From Spirochaetia bacterium (lineage in GTDB: Bacteria; Spirochaetota; Spirochaetia; CAKZLE01), in contig OY782041.1 in assembly GCA_963677595.1 (NCBI GenBank), positions 512,001 through 576,000 of the forward strand: 64,000 bases of DNA, in the 5' to 3' direction. The position numbers were made by a program, and so were the translations under genes. Positions 10,158 through 21,394 of this stretch are shown piece after piece (within the stretch, counting starts at the first letter, position 1; each line of letters opens with the position of its first letter). The notes under the pieces were generated by a model that was not told where the DNA came from, made no database searches, and saw only the letters and a program-made list of their open reading frames with translations.

Positions 10158-11267
10158 ATGACATATGATAATATTGTAGTCGGTGCCGGGCTTGCCGGTT
10201 CTGTTTCTGCCAGGGCTCTTGCAGAAGCTGGTAAGAAAGTACTCGTGATAGAACGTAACGGTCATATTGCAGGCCATTGCCATGATTTCAGGAATGAAGC
10301 GGGTATCACGGTGCATACCTATGGACCGCATATCTTCCATACGAAAAGCAAGAAGGTATGGGACTGGGTACGAAAGTTCTCAGATTTTATCTACTACCAG
10401 CATCGTGTTCTCAGTTTTGCAAATGGGCAGCTCCTGCCGTTCCCGATCAACAGGGATACCATATCCCAGCTCTTTGGAGCAGATCTTACCATCAATGAGG
10501 TCGAGGAATTCCTTGCCGGAGAAGTCGCTGCTTCAGAATTCAGCACACCCCCAAAGAACTTCAGGGATGCCGTAGTCTCCCAGGTGGGGGAGACACTTTA
10601 CTCGACCTTCTTCGAGAACTATACCAGGAAACAGTGGGAACGGGATCCTGCTGAACTCTCTGCGGATCTTGCCAGACGGATACCTGTCCGAAAGAACCGG
10701 GATGACAGATACTTCTCCGACCAGTACCAGGGTATCCCGGCAAACGGCTATACTGCGATGGTTGAGAGCATCCTTGACCATGAGAGCATATCAGTCATGC
10801 TGAACACCGATTATTTCAACGTACGGGATCTCTTCAAGGCAAAAGCAACCATCTACACTGGGGAACTTGACGCATTCTTTGATTATACCTACGGGACCCT
10901 CGAGTACCGATCCCTTGAGCTAGAGTTCAAGACCCTCGACACAGCGGAATACCAGCGGGCTGCTGTGGTCAACTACCCGAATGATTATGATTTTACCAGG
11001 ATCACCGAATTCAAGAAACTCAGCGGAGAGATCTCAGATAAGACAACTCTCTGCTTCGAGTACCCAAAAGCATCAGGTGAACCCTATTACATCGTACCTG
11101 ACGAAAAGAACTCAGCTATGAGGGAACGGTACATGGAACTGGCAGCTGATCTTGAGAAGAAAGGGACACATCTCTTTCTCGGCCGTCTTGCAGAGTACAC
11201 CTACTACAATATGGATCAGGTCATAGAGGCTGCCTTGAAAAAAGTCCAGCCGCTGATTCAGAAGTAG
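10158..11267 (+). CDS. glf: UDP-galactopyranose mutase
   Basis: GAGLAG FAD motif, HTYGPHIFHT, GRLAEYTYYNMDQ. Confidence 0.95.
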   Translation: MTYDNIVVGAGLAGSVSARALAEAGKKVLVIERNGHIAGHCHDFRNEAGITVHTYGPHIFHTKSKKVWDWVRKFSDFIYYQHRVLSFANGQLLPFPINRDTISQLFGADLTINEVEEFLAGEVAASEFSTPPKNFRDAVVSQVGETLYSTFFENYTRKQWERDPAELSADLARRIPVRKNRDDRYFSDQYQGIPANGYTAMVESILDHESISVMLNTDYFNVRDLFKAKATIYTGELDAFFDYTYGTLEYRSLELEFKTLDTAEYQRAAVVNYPNDYDFTRITEFKKLSGEISDKTTLCFEYPKASGEPYYIVPDEKNSAMRERYMELAADLEKKGTHLFLGRLAEYTYYNMDQVIEAALKKVQPLIQK

Positions 11268-11279
11268 CACAGGCAGCAA

Positions 11280-11311
11280 GGAGCCATTGCACACTACGTT
11301 TCAATGGCTCC
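11280..11311. terminator. Hairpin between convergent glf and topA
   Basis: GGAGCCATTG...CAATGGCTCC inverted repeat. Confidence 0.55.
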
Positions 11312-11316
11312 TGCTG

Positions 11317-13872
11317 TTATTTCCCCGACTTCTTAATGATCTCCTCTACCTTCGCCATATCGAGGGATTCGTAAGCATCGTTCTCCTTGTATTCCTTGGG
11401 CAGTCCGATGTTCTTCTTCCCGTACTTGATGTACGGCCCGTACCGTCCGGAGTAGATCGCTATCTCGACCCCGGCTGCATCCTTGCCCATGCTCTTGAGC
11501 ACTGAAGCTTTCCCCCTTCCCCTCTTGGGTTCGGCAAGCATCTCCAGGGCTCGTTCGAGCGTCACGGTATAGAGGTTGTCAGTTGCCTTCAGCGAACGGA
11601 ACTCCCCGTCATGACCGACGAAGGGCCCGAACCTGCCGTTGTTCGCGATGACCTCCTTACCTGTCTCGGGATGTATGCCGAGGATCCTCGGGAGATGTAT
11701 CAGCAGGGAGATCTCCTCCACGGTCATATCATCTGCCGTCTTTCCCTTCGGGATGCTTGCACGCTTAGGCTTCGGGTTATCGGGGCTCTTCTCCCCGAGC
11801 TGGTAGTATGGCCCGTACCGACCGCTGAGCAGGTAGATCGACAGCCCGGTCTTCGGGTCTTCCCCGATAGGCTCAGGCCCCTCCTTCTGGATCGCTATCA
11901 GCTTCTGGATCTCCTCATCAGTCAGGTCAGCCGGCGCGATATCCTCCGGGAGCGATGCATGGATCTCCTCCCCGCACTCCTCGGCAGTGCAGAGGATGTA
12001 GGGACCGTACTTCCCGATCCTCACCCCGTCCACCGAATGGACCTGGGGCATCGCTATCGTCCGTGCATCATCCGGCTTGATGAGCTTCGCCTGGGTCTCC
12101 ACCTCGTTCAGGAGTCCCTCCTTCCCGAGGTAGAATGCCTCGAGGTAGTGGGCCCGTTCGGTGTCCCCCTCGGCTATCTGGTCCAGCTTTGTCTCCATAT
12201 CAGAGGTGAACCCGTACTCGATGAGGTTGGAGAAGTTCTTCTCCAGCAGCTGGATGACACCGAACCCGATGAAGGTCGGGGTGATAGTAGTCCCCACTTT
12301 CCTGATGTATCCCCGCTCATTGAGGGTGTTGATGATCGATGCATAGGTCGAAGGTCGTCCGATCCCGAGCTTCTCCAGCTCCTTGACCAGCGAGGCGTCG
12401 GTATACCGTGCAGGGGCCTTTGTCTGGTGGCTGACCGTCTCGATCGACCGGGGATTCAAGCGTTCCCCCTCCTTCAGTTCAGGCAGCCAGCTCTCGGAGT
12501 TGGCCAGCATGGCTTCGGGGTCATCACTGCCCTCCACATACGCCCTGATGAAGCCGGGGAAGATGATCCGTGTCCCCGTTGCGGAGAACTGCGCATCCTC
12601 GACGGTGAACACGACCTTCGTGGAGGCCTTGACCGCCTCGGCCATCTGGGTCGCGAGCGTACGCCTCCAGATCAGTTTGTAGAGGGAGAGCTCCCTCCCT
12701 GAGAGCCCGGATTCCTCAGGAGTCTTGAAGACCTCGCCCGAGGGCCGGATCGCCTCATGTGCCTCCTGGGCGCCCTTGCTCTTCGTCGTGTATTGACGGG
12801 GACCGTCAGAGAGGTAGTCCTTTCCGAAGAGCCTGGTGATCGCATCCCGTGCGGAAGCGATCCCGTCATTGCTCAGGGTGGTAGAATCCGTTCTCATATA
12901 GGTGATCAGCCCGTTCTCATAGAGCCGTTGTGCGACCCTCATGGTCTCTCGGGCTGACATCTTCAGTTTCCTGTTCGCCTCCTGCTGCAATGTGGAGGTG
13001 ATGAATGGAGGGGCAGGCCGTGACCTGTTCTCCTTCTCCGTCACGCTGTCCACTTCCCAGGGCTTACCCTTAAGCCGTGCAGCAAGTCCTTGTGCAGCGT
13101 CCCTATCAAGGACGAGGGAGTTCTTCCCGATATAGGCACCGGTCTTGGAATCATAATCCTTGCTGCCTGCGACCCGCTTACCACCGACTGAATCCAGCTT
13201 CGCCTCGAAGAGTCCCTCATCGCTCGCCTGTTCCTTAGAGAGGGTACCCTTCAGGTCCCAGTACTCAGAGGAGCTGAAGAGGATCCGTTCCCGCTCACGT
13301 TCAACGATGAGCCGCAGCCCGGGAGACTGTACCCGTCCTGCTGAGAGGCCGTAAGCGATCTTCTTCCAGAGCAGCGGGGAGATGGTATAGCCGTAGAGAC
13401 GGTCTAAGATCCTCCTGGTCTCCTGTGCATTGACCAGGTCCATGTCGATCTCCCTGCCTGTCTCGAGTGCCCGGTGGATCGCCTTCTTCGTGATCTCATG
13501 GAAGACCATCCGCTTGAAGGGGACCTTCGGTTTCAGGACGTTGACCAGGTGCCAGGAGATACTCTCCCCCTCACGGTCCTCATCCGTCGCGAGCAGCAGT
13601 TCATCGGCATCCTTGAGCCGGCTCTTCAGTTCCCGGATCACCTTGCCCTTCCCCTTCGGGGTCACGTAGAGGGGCTGGAACCCGTTCTCCACGTCGATCC
13701 CCAGCCTGGACCATTCTTTATCCTTATAGGCTTTCGGGATCTCGGTCGCGGTCTGGGGGAGGTCCCGTATATGGCCTACACTGGCTTCGACCACATAGCC
13801 TGTCGGCAGGAACTTCTTGATGGTCTTTGCCTTCGTTGGTGACTCCACAATAACTAGTACTTTCTTTGCCAT
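11317..13872 (-). CDS. topA: DNA topoisomerase I
   Basis: IVESPTKAKTI, ATDEDREGE, SAGRVQS, ITYMRTDS and C-terminal GRYGPY repeats. Confidence 0.97.
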   Translation of the reverse strand: MAKKVLVIVESPTKAKTIKKFLPTGYVVEASVGHIRDLPQTATEIPKAYKDKEWSRLGIDVENGFQPLYVTPKGKGKVIRELKSRLKDADELLLATDEDREGESISWHLVNVLKPKVPFKRMVFHEITKKAIHRALETGREIDMDLVNAQETRRILDRLYGYTISPLLWKKIAYGLSAGRVQSPGLRLIVERERERILFSSSEYWDLKGTLSKEQASDEGLFEAKLDSVGGKRVAGSKDYDSKTGAYIGKNSLVLDRDAAQGLAARLKGKPWEVDSVTEKENRSRPAPPFITSTLQQEANRKLKMSARETMRVAQRLYENGLITYMRTDSTTLSNDGIASARDAITRLFGKDYLSDGPRQYTTKSKGAQEAHEAIRPSGEVFKTPEESGLSGRELSLYKLIWRRTLATQMAEAVKASTKVVFTVEDAQFSATGTRIIFPGFIRAYVEGSDDPEAMLANSESWLPELKEGERLNPRSIETVSHQTKAPARYTDASLVKELEKLGIGRPSTYASIINTLNERGYIRKVGTTITPTFIGFGVIQLLEKNFSNLIEYGFTSDMETKLDQIAEGDTERAHYLEAFYLGKEGLLNEVETQAKLIKPDDARTIAMPQVHSVDGVRIGKYGPYILCTAEECGEEIHASLPEDIAPADLTDEEIQKLIAIQKEGPEPIGEDPKTGLSIYLLSGRYGPYYQLGEKSPDNPKPKRASIPKGKTADDMTVEEISLLIHLPRILGIHPETGKEVIANNGRFGPFVGHDGEFRSLKATDNLYTVTLERALEMLAEPKRGRGKASVLKSMGKDAAGVEIAIYSGRYGPYIKYGKKNIGLPKEYKENDAYESLDMAKVEEIIKKSGK

Positions 13873-14072
13873 ACTTAACCCTTAACTCCCCTGTTGATCC
13901 CGGTGAACATGTGAGAATCTTCAATTTCATCGAGATGATTCTAAGATATATTCAACTGCAATGTCTCTATTATTACCTATCAATGAAACGAAAAGTCAAG
14001 GGGAAAAATCTTGATGCGCATCCACAATACTAGGTATACAGCCAAGTATCTTACTTTCATACAAGGTTTTAT

Positions 14073-15266
14073 TTACAGTTTTGCCAATCCTCCGGTTGAT
14101 GTCTCCCGATAGAGAGAAGGCAGTGCCTTGCCCGTCTCGTTCATGACGGAGACAACATCGTCGAAGGAGATCCTGTGCCTGCCGTCCGAGAGGAGGCTGT
14201 AGTTCATATGGTTCAGGGCCCTTGCCGAGGCCAGGGCATTCCGCTCGATACAGGGGATCTGCACCAGTCCCCCGATCGGGTCACAGGTGAGCCCGAGGTG
14301 GTGCTCCAGCCCCATCTCCGCGGCATACTCCACCTGGTAGTTCGTCCCTCCCATGAGCTGGGCACTTGCCCCGGATGCCATGGCACAGGCGGTCCCGATC
14401 TCCCCCTGGCACCCGACCTCCGCCCCGGAGATCGACGCATGCTCCTTGACGATCGCACCGATCAGGCCGGCGGTCGCCAGGGCACGGAGGATCCTGTTCT
14501 CGTTGATCTTGTAGACCTCTTTCTGGTACATGAGCACTGCGGGCACCACCCCGCAGGAACCGCAGGTGGGGGCTGTCACGATCCTGCCGCCGGAAGCGTT
14601 CTCCTCCGAGACCGCCAATGCGAAGGCGTAGACGCGTGAACGCTTGCCGATCGGACCGCTGAAGTGCATGGCCTTCGCATAGTATGAAGCAGCCTTCCTC
14701 GTGAGGTTCAGCCCACCGGGAAGGACTCCCTCGTGATCAAGGCCTGAACGTATCGCCTGCTGCATCACCTGCCAGACCTCGCGGAGGAACTCCATGATAT
14801 CTTCCTCCTCATGCTCGACGACGTACTCCCACATGGAACGGCCGTTATCAGTGCACCAGGAGAGAATCTCCCGCATCGTCGTAAGCGGGTAGATATGCTG
14901 CTCCCCGGGGTTTTCCCCTTCTGAGACAACCTTGCCTCCCCCGACGCTGTAGTAGAGCTTATCTGCCAGGACTGAACCGTCAGCGGAGAGGGCCTCGATC
15001 AGCAGGGCATTCGGGTGCCGTTCCCTGACTACTTCAGGTTTCCAGATGACCTCACAGGAAAGCCCTGCGCGGGCAGCCTCCTCGATGAGTGCGGCATCGG
15101 TCATATGCCCCCTGCCTGTCGCGGCAAGAGCCCCGAAGAGCGTGACCCGAAGGCTGTGCATAGAGGTGTTCACGGCAAGGAACCTCGCCAATGCGGTCCT
15201 TGGTCCCATGGTATGGCTGCTCGAGGGGCCATACCCGATACGATAGATTTCTTTAATCGATTCCAT
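14073..15266 (-). CDS. sdaA: L-serine dehydratase, iron-sulfur dependent
   Basis: GPSSSHTMGP, GAEVGCQGEIG and LGLTCDP..GLVQIPCIERN. Confidence 0.93.
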   Translation of the reverse strand: MESIKEIYRIGYGPSSSHTMGPRTALARFLAVNTSMHSLRVTLFGALAATGRGHMTDAALIEEAARAGLSCEVIWKPEVVRERHPNALLIEALSADGSVLADKLYYSVGGGKVVSEGENPGEQHIYPLTTMREILSWCTDNGRSMWEYVVEHEEEDIMEFLREVWQVMQQAIRSGLDHEGVLPGGLNLTRKAASYYAKAMHFSGPIGKRSRVYAFALAVSEENASGGRIVTAPTCGSCGVVPAVLMYQKEVYKINENRILRALATAGLIGAIVKEHASISGAEVGCQGEIGTACAMASGASAQLMGGTNYQVEYAAEMGLEHHLGLTCDPIGGLVQIPCIERNALASARALNHMNYSLLSDGRHRISFDDVVSVMNETGKALPSLYRETSTGGLAKL

Positions 15267-15400
15267 GGGACCATACTATAACTGATACTGACATTTGAAA
15301 AGGGAAATATTCCGGCTCGATTATCAACAGAACATTTCATAGTTGACAGGTTTCAGGGTTTAGTGCTATGTATATATTTACGTGTTCATACATTGAACCC

Positions 15401-15474
<74 letters not shown>

Positions 15475-15523
15475 TTAGTAAATGTATGTGACGTAAATAA
15501 TTAACTTTTCTAAACTGGTAAGG

Positions 15524-15542
15524 TGTAGCCGCAAAGTAGCCA
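15524..15542 (+). promoter_or_regulatory. Putative integrase arm-binding repeats
   Basis: TGTAGCCG and AGTAGCCA, 11 bp apart; a matching pair TGTAACCA/TGTAGCCA lies at 51169-51188 at the other prophage end. Confidence 0.55.
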
Positions 15543-15556
15543 TTTAGGAAAGTACA

Positions 15557-16702
15557 ATGAGATACAAAGAACCTTTCACACTATACCCAAGAAAAATTTC
15601 TAGTGGCAAAACTGTTTGGTATTACCGCACATATGATGAGTATGGGGTTAGAACAACTGGGAAAAGTACGGGTGAAACCAATAAAACACGAGCAAGGCTC
15701 TATTGTCTGGATCTATTAAAGAAGGATCAACTCATTTCAAAGAAGATGTCATTCTTTTCTGAATATGCTGAAGGTTGGTTTGAATGGGATACCTGTTCTT
15801 ATGTTAAAACTCGTAGAGTGCGGGGAACAGAGAAACACCCCGGAATTAAAAAGAGTTATGCTGCAGATCTGAAAAATCGATTAAAAAGAGATATCCTCCC
15901 CTCTTTCCAACAATATAAACTCGATAAAATCACTCCAAGAATTATTGAGAATTGGGTGATTAAGAAACGTGATGATGGTCTTGCACCAAAGAATATTAAC
16001 AACTCACTCTCTGTTCTTCGAATAATGATGGAAGAAGCTCATAAGAATAAGATCATTCCGTCCAATCCGGCTGAACTCGTTCAACCTCTTCTTGTTGAAA
16101 GAAAAGTCAGGAGAGTCATCACCCTAGACGAAATCAGAGAATTGTTTGCTAAAGAGAATATGGAAAAACTATGGAAGAATAACATATATTACTACACTGC
16201 AAATTTACTGGCGGCCTCGACGGGAATGCGCCAGGGAGAAATACGGGGGTTATTGAAGAATCATTATTTTGGGGATTATGCTTTAGTAGAATTCTCTTAT
16301 GGTCAATTCGGCTTCACAACAACTAAAACAAATGAAAGAAGGAATGTTCCAATCCCTAAAAGAACACAGATATATATCGATATGCTGTGCACACAACCAT
16401 GGGATTATATTTTTACCATGAAAGGAACAGTTCCTATAGGAAGTAGCAAGCTAACAGAATCATTGTACTCTGCTCTTGAGTTGATGGGTATCACTGAGGC
16501 CGAGCGGAAAGAACGATACATTACTTTTCATGGGTGGCGACATTTCTTTAATACGTATTGTAGATCAAATAACATTGCAGACTCAAAGTTGCAATCTGTT
16601 ACAGGACATAAAACACAAGAGATGGTCGAGAATTATACCAATTTTGAACTTTCAGACGTTAAGGAGATTACAGAACTTCAGAACTCAATGTTTGTTGATT
16701 AG
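15557..16702 (+). CDS. int: Tyrosine integrase
   Basis: TGMRQGE, HGWRH, GH..and NY catalytic motifs; adjacent to attL. Confidence 0.95.
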   Translation: MRYKEPFTLYPRKISSGKTVWYYRTYDEYGVRTTGKSTGETNKTRARLYCLDLLKKDQLISKKMSFFSEYAEGWFEWDTCSYVKTRRVRGTEKHPGIKKSYAADLKNRLKRDILPSFQQYKLDKITPRIIENWVIKKRDDGLAPKNINNSLSVLRIMMEEAHKNKIIPSNPAELVQPLLVERKVRRVITLDEIRELFAKENMEKLWKNNIYYYTANLLAASTGMRQGEIRGLLKNHYFGDYALVEFSYGQFGFTTTKTNERRNVPIPKRTQIYIDMLCTQPWDYIFTMKGTVPIGSSKLTESLYSALELMGITEAERKERYITFHGWRHFFNTYCRSNNIADSKLQSVTGHKTQEMVENYTNFELSDVKEITELQNSMFVD

Positions 16703-17002
16703 GTTGATTACAAGATAATGGTTCTTCGTTACTCATTTGAAACCGATCATGCTAATCGGGTAGAAAGTGCACTACTCTTGGCACTCATGGTCTACACGAA
16801 ATACTGACCAGAGTATGACCATCGTACCTCAGAGGATATTCTCAGAAAGTTGCAGCCGGTTTTAGAGGTGATTGAAAAGAGATCATATAACTTTCAATCA
16901 ATGACTTATGAATATTATTTTGTTTTATAATGTTATGTAACATATTGTTATCAGCTCAGTTTTATATATAAGTAACTATCACAAAAAGTGAAAGGAGTCC
17001 CA

Positions 17003-17227
17003 ATGTCATTACTCTTTGCCTTGAGCAGTTTGGCAATTACCACCATTGGCCTCTTCATTGTTTTGCTCGGAGCAAGGCCTGACAGACTATTGGATGAAGG
17101 GGGCTCCCCTAACGGCCCAAAACAAAAACTTTCTCGGAATAGAAAGATTCTGATAGTTTTGGGTATCTTGATCATTGTGATTCATGCTGGACTTGCAACT
17201 CTTCATATTGTCGTTCATGCTCAATGA
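17003..17227 (+). CDS. Small two-TM moron protein
   Basis: AAGGAG RBS, two hydrophobic segments, AT-rich upstream region, opposite strand to the late genes. Confidence 0.55.
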   Translation: MSLLFALSSLAITTIGLFIVLLGARPDRLLDEGGSPNGPKQKLSRNRKILIVLGILIIVIHAGLATLHIVVHAQ

Positions 17228-17682
17228 TTCGCCGTCACACCCTGCTTCTTCTCATAGGTCCTCATCCCCGCAAGCCCCAGCATCCCGGTCATAATCGGGA
17301 TCATCAAAGACAGATCGATTACCGGGAACTCAAACGTCTTTCCTGCAGCTGAAAGGACGGCAATCGCCCAGGGCCGGAGGATATAGTTATTCGCCAATGA
17401 TAGCCCGCACACCCACCCGATAAAGGGCCGCCAACCAGCCACGAACACAGATTGGTGCTGCGCTTCAGCAAGATTGATCTCGAGCTGCGTATGCTTCTGC
17501 AGATTCTCAGCTTCCAGGGCAATCTTCTCAAGCTCAGCCTTCTTCTCCGGGCTCATCTCTCCCGTGATTGCGGACCTGATCCCGGTCGCCAGGTTTGAGA
17601 TCCCATTGCTTACCGACTCCACCACGGTACTGGCAGCTTCAGCCGTCTCCTTCGCCCCGAAGATCTTTCCCAGCCAACTCAT
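17221..17682 (-). CDS. Holin, 3TM / gene-transfer-release family
   Basis: FVAGWRPFIGWVCG and MLGLAGMRTYEK family signatures. Confidence 0.75.
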   Translation of the reverse strand: MSWLGKIFGAKETAEAASTVVESVSNGISNLATGIRSAITGEMSPEKKAELEKIALEAENLQKHTQLEINLAEAQHQSVFVAGWRPFIGWVCGLSLANNYILRPWAIAVLSAAGKTFEFPVIDLSLMIPIMTGMLGLAGMRTYEKKQGVTANH

Positions 17683-17915
17683 GAGGGATCCTTCTGCTTG
17701 TCTGCCAGCATATCAGTCCGCTTTGCTATGTTCCCCGATACAGCCTTGATCCCATACAGGGAGATGATCAGCAAGGCCAGAGGACCCAGGACCGCATTGA
17801 TCACCGCAATCGGAGTCTCACTGATCACGGCCAGGATGCAGATCGTGAAGAAGATCAGACACCCCACCATCCCCATGGTCTTCTTTGCTACTATTCGATT
17901 CATGATGTTTTTCAT
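17679..17915 (-). CDS. Small two-TM phage membrane protein (lysis module)
   Basis: Two hydrophobic helices; translationally coupled to the holin. Confidence 0.6.
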   Translation of the reverse strand: MKNIMNRIVAKKTMGMVGCLIFFTICILAVISETPIAVINAVLGPLALLIISLYGIKAVSGNIAKRTDMLADKQKDPS

Positions 17916-17926
17916 ACCATCCTCCC

Positions 17927-18193
17927 CTATTGTATCGCAGTCTCGTTGAGGTAACTCTTGATCTCATCCTCAACACTCGAGATGTTCCCGTTGCACTTGC
18001 CAGTCCTCACCGCATCGATTAAGCCCAGCATCCCCTTGAAGAGTAATCGGTTCTCCTGGACCCGGTCCTCTCCCCGCTTCCGCATGGTCTTCAGGTCTGC
18101 AGAGATTCTCACCATCATCGTAATCAATGCCCCGATTATTGCAGTGGTCCCCGTTGCTGCCAATGTCGTGAATAATCGAACCCAATCAATCAT
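17927..18193 (-). CDS. Holin-like single-TM phage protein
   Basis: N-terminal TM followed by ..CNGN..; position after the tail fibre. Confidence 0.55.
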   Translation of the reverse strand: MIDWVRLFTTLAATGTTAIIGALITMMVRISADLKTMRKRGEDRVQENRLLFKGMLGLIDAVRTGKCNGNISSVEDEIKSYLNETAIQ

Positions 18194-18204
18194 GCTTAAT
18201 CCTC

Positions 18205-18564
18205 CTACACGTCCTCAGCATCTGAAAAATATGAGATATTTTCTTTTATATATTCATAGAGAGCAGTGATTATTGACTCTCGAGAAATTGCACCATCTAT
18301 TCTTAAAGCTGTAAGACTTGCAACCCGTGTGGCTGTATATAGCCAACAAGACCTACCCATATCTGGAAAGGATTCATCATCAAAGGAACAGTGATATAGT
18401 GTTTCCTCCTGTTGAGATGCTTCTATCGAAGCATAAGCACTAAGCCGATACTGAACACCATTTGTAGTAAAGTCTATGTTCACTTCAGACACTTTCCAGT
18501 ACGCATCAAGTACTTCGTAATATATTTTACAGTCCTCTTTACGAAGAGTCTTTTGCAATCCCAT
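18205..18564 (-). CDS. Phage protein, possible tail-fibre chaperone
   Basis: Follows the fibre gene; GGAGG RBS. Confidence 0.5.
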   Translation of the reverse strand: MGLQKTLRKEDCKIYYEVLDAYWKVSEVNIDFTTNGVQYRLSAYASIEASQQEETLYHCSFDDESFPDMGRSCWLYTATRVASLTALRIDGAISRESIITALYEYIKENISYFSDAEDV

Positions 18565-18573
18565 TGCAACCTC

Positions 18574-20325
18574 CTAATCTAATCTCAGCGCAAACCAATC
18601 AAAGGTAGTGGTGAACCCAGCGGTATTGTGTATATAAATTGTTGAACCCGATTGATAGCCGTGAGTCCCCCACATATCCGTGTTGTTATTGACGTTGTAC
18701 GCCTGGTGAACTCTCCAAGTCCCTGATACTCCGGTAGCGACTGCAACTCTACTGTTTGCTGATATGGTTACCGATCCATATTTAACCCCTGGACCTCGTA
18801 TAGAGTTTAGATACGTCCACAATCCTGCTATGTTCCCATTATTTAAGGGTAAAAGTTCGTTTGTATCAAACCGGATATTCTGCCCATTATCAGGGCCAAT
18901 CTGGAAAGCATGGTCTACACTGGTTTCAGAAGCATCCTGAGTATTGGTTAAGCGTTGTTTAGTAAGTTCAAGAACTCCATTTGACGCTTTCAAATACTCT
19001 GTACCAATGTTATTTTTTATAGAAAGTCCATACATAGACCCTTGAGTGAATGACCAAGTGTCGGTAGTAGAATGGCCTAGCTCATTCCCAAACGAGATTT
19101 TTACATTATTACCTAGGTCATAGGAGGTCCCAGCCGTGATTGCGGTAGGAGAACTCCATGTCCCACCTACCAATCTCCATTGAAAATATTCTACTGGTTT
19201 GGAGGTTTTCCTCATCGGTCTTGCTCGTCTGTCTAGTCCAATACTAGCCCATGTATAACTTCCATCTGACATATCTACTTGATACCAAGTTCTATCGTCA
19301 TCGTTATAATACTGATAAGCCCAATATAAGTTTTCCCTTAAGCTTAATGCCGTCTTTTGTGGGTACATCGCAAGCACTTGTTGAAGATTACCTAAAAACC
19401 AATCCGAGAAACCACCTTGTGAATAGGCGTTACAAGCATCACGCGCCTCCCATGCATTATAGTAATAATTATCTGGATAACTCCCGTTATCCCAATATGG
19501 TGAAGCCGCTTCTAAGTACCTGTAACCATCATCCCAATTGCCTTTATCATAAAAAACGGTTCCACCAGCTTCCCCGATGCCTCCGACAGAATATGGCGCA
19601 GACACTTGCCCTGTTGAAATCTTTACTTCATACGATGCCTCAATTGTTCCATCTTGGGTAATTTGTAAATCATTTAGTCCAGAGCCAGTGTAATGTATAG
19701 AGGTAATACCTGCATCTTCCTTGACGGCGACTCTTGCACTATCAGAGGCCCCATTACCAGACCTGAAGGTGCCAATGAATTCTCCATCTTTTGCTTTGAA
19801 GATTCCATTACCTCCAAGAAAGAATCCCTTACCATCAGCGGGAGGATTCCCATTTTCATCATATCCAGAATACACCACCCCATTGCCTGTTATTCGGATC
19901 TTCGTTGCTATGAGATATAGAAAATATGGAATCCAATAGAATACACTTGGATCAACAATTTCCGCATCATATGTAGGGGAAGTCTGATTATAGGCATGCC
20001 CAATGTATTGCCTGGTTCCTGGGATATCGCTTAAGTTGCTTCCATCTGCATCATCGGCATAGGCGACCCACATATAATGAGAAATGCCATCAATACCATC
20101 TGTTCCATCGGTACCAGTTGGGCCCTGTGGTCCAGTGGCCCCTTGAGGGCCTTGGGCTCCCGTGGCGCCGGTTTCTCCTTGTGGCCCTGTTGCACCGGTT
20201 TCCCCTTGGACACCTTGAGCTCCTTGAGGACCCGTAGCGCCTGTTTCTCCTTGGATACCTTGTGGCCCCTGCTCACCATCTGAGACATCTATGATTGTGA
20301 TCTGGTTCTTGGTAATCAGGCTCAT
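18574..20325 (-). CDS. Tail fibre / receptor-binding protein with collagen repeats and a DUF1566/Lcl-like lectin domain
   Basis: GXY run, [10 protein letters not shown] module, GPAGG-like [12 protein letters not shown]...GGFSDWFL...YW...RPMR segment. Confidence 0.8.
   Translation of the reverse strand: MSLITKNQITIIDVSDGEQGPQGIQGETGATGPQGAQGVQGETGATGPQGETGATGAQGPQGATGPQGPTGTDGTDGIDGISHYMWVAYADDADGSNLSDIPGTRQYIGHAYNQTSPTYDAEIVDPSVFYWIPYFLYLIATKIRITGNGVVYSGYDENGNPPADGKGFFLGGNGIFKAKDGEFIGTFRSGNGASDSARVAVKEDAGITSIHYTGSGLNDLQITQDGTIEASYEVKISTGQVSAPYSVGGIGEAGGTVFYDKGNWDDGYRYLEAASPYWDNGSYPDNYYYNAWEARDACNAYSQGGFSDWFLGNLQQVLAMYPQKTALSLRENLYWAYQYYNDDDRTWYQVDMSDGSYTWASIGLDRRARPMRKTSKPVEYFQWRLVGGTWSSPTAITAGTSYDLGNNVKISFGNELGHSTTDTWSFTQGSMYGLSIKNNIGTEYLKASNGVLELTKQRLTNTQDASETSVDHAFQIGPDNGQNIRFDTNELLPLNNGNIAGLWTYLNSIRGPGVKYGSVTISANSRVAVATGVSGTWRVHQAYNVNNNTDMWGTHGYQSGSTIYIHNTAGFTTTFDWFALRLD
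20085..20278 (-). repeat. Collagen-like Gly-X-Y repeat
   Basis: [18 protein letters not shown]... repeated in frame. Confidence 0.9.
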
Positions 20326-20335
20326 ACTACTCCTC

Positions 20336-21382
20336 TTAACTTACCGAGCAGGTAATGGTGGATTTCACATCCACGTCAGTTGTCCCAACTGAGATGCTTT
20401 TCCCGGTTTTGGAAGCCGAAGCATCCGCAAAGGTCCGGGCATTCCCGTCCTTGTTCGTGATCGTCCAGGTATAGGTGTACCCAGCCCCCCCGGCGTCGAT
20501 CTCTGCCCCATTCTGGTACAACTTTGCCGTCAGGGTGGTAGTCCCTACCCCATTCTTGAAGACCGTCCCGGCTGAGGATTCAATGACAACCTGGATCGGG
20601 TCGGTCATGTCGGTGAAGGCAATCACGTCATAGAAAGAATCCCCGTTGGTAGGACTTGCCGCATCGTTGTCAGTGATCTTCACCTTGAACTGCTGCAGCC
20701 CGTCAACCATTGCCGGAGTGATGGCCAGGGTATTGCTCGTCTGCCCTGCCATGAGATCCCAATCAGCGCCGGCCCCCTCATCCGCATTCCCGGGAGCATA
20801 CTTGAACCACTGGTATGAAAGCAGCGTGGTGTCCAGGGTTGCCCCTCGGTAGAGCTCGGCCTTTGCTGAAAGGGAAGTAGGTTCACTGTTCTTGAAGACA
20901 TTCCCGTTCGGCGCATGAACTGCAGCCACGGCAATATTATTCCCGTCGATCACCTTCGAGAGGTTGATACTGACCTTGTAGGTAAGATCCAACCCGGTAG
21001 CTGCATCATGGTAGATGATCGTACAGAGGTACTCGATCGCACTCAGAGAACCAGTCAGCTTATTAGCTGAGACGGTGAGAATATGACTCTTTGCCCCCGA
21101 TACGGCTTCCCCGGACGTGAGCGCCGAGAATGAACTTTGATCAGAGGGTTTGCGCTGCCAGGCAACTGACTGCACCGCTGAATCCGTGATCTTATCGGTC
21201 CCGCTTCCCAGGATGAAGAGACTGGGAGTGAGCACCAAAGAGGTACTTCCCCAGTCTGGGGTAAACGTCCCGGTATCCGCTGAATACCGCTGAGTTTTCG
21301 GTAAGTTCGATGTGATGAACCCGGTGAGGGTCAACGCATCGTTATAATCCATAATCGTAATCTGTCCAACTGAAGCAGCCAT
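20336..21382 (-). CDS. Minor tail / baseplate protein with Ig-like segments
   Basis: QITIMDYND start, two G.VFKN repeats and Y.W motifs typical of siphophage tail proteins. Confidence 0.65.
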   Translation of the reverse strand: MAASVGQITIMDYNDALTLTGFITSNLPKTQRYSADTGTFTPDWGSTSLVLTPSLFILGSGTDKITDSAVQSVAWQRKPSDQSSFSALTSGEAVSGAKSHILTVSANKLTGSLSAIEYLCTIIYHDAATGLDLTYKVSINLSKVIDGNNIAVAAVHAPNGNVFKNSEPTSLSAKAELYRGATLDTTLLSYQWFKYAPGNADEGAGADWDLMAGQTSNTLAITPAMVDGLQQFKVKITDNDAASPTNGDSFYDVIAFTDMTDPIQVVIESSAGTVFKNGVGTTTLTAKLYQNGAEIDAGGAGYTYTWTITNKDGNARTFADASASKTGKSISVGTTDVDVKSTITCSVS

Positions 21383-21394
21383 AGTATTTTCCTC

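Noticed and set aside
18574-20325. Complete diversity-generating retroelement
   Set aside because: A target-like lectin domain is present, but no reverse transcriptase, Avd or template repeat is visible in the window
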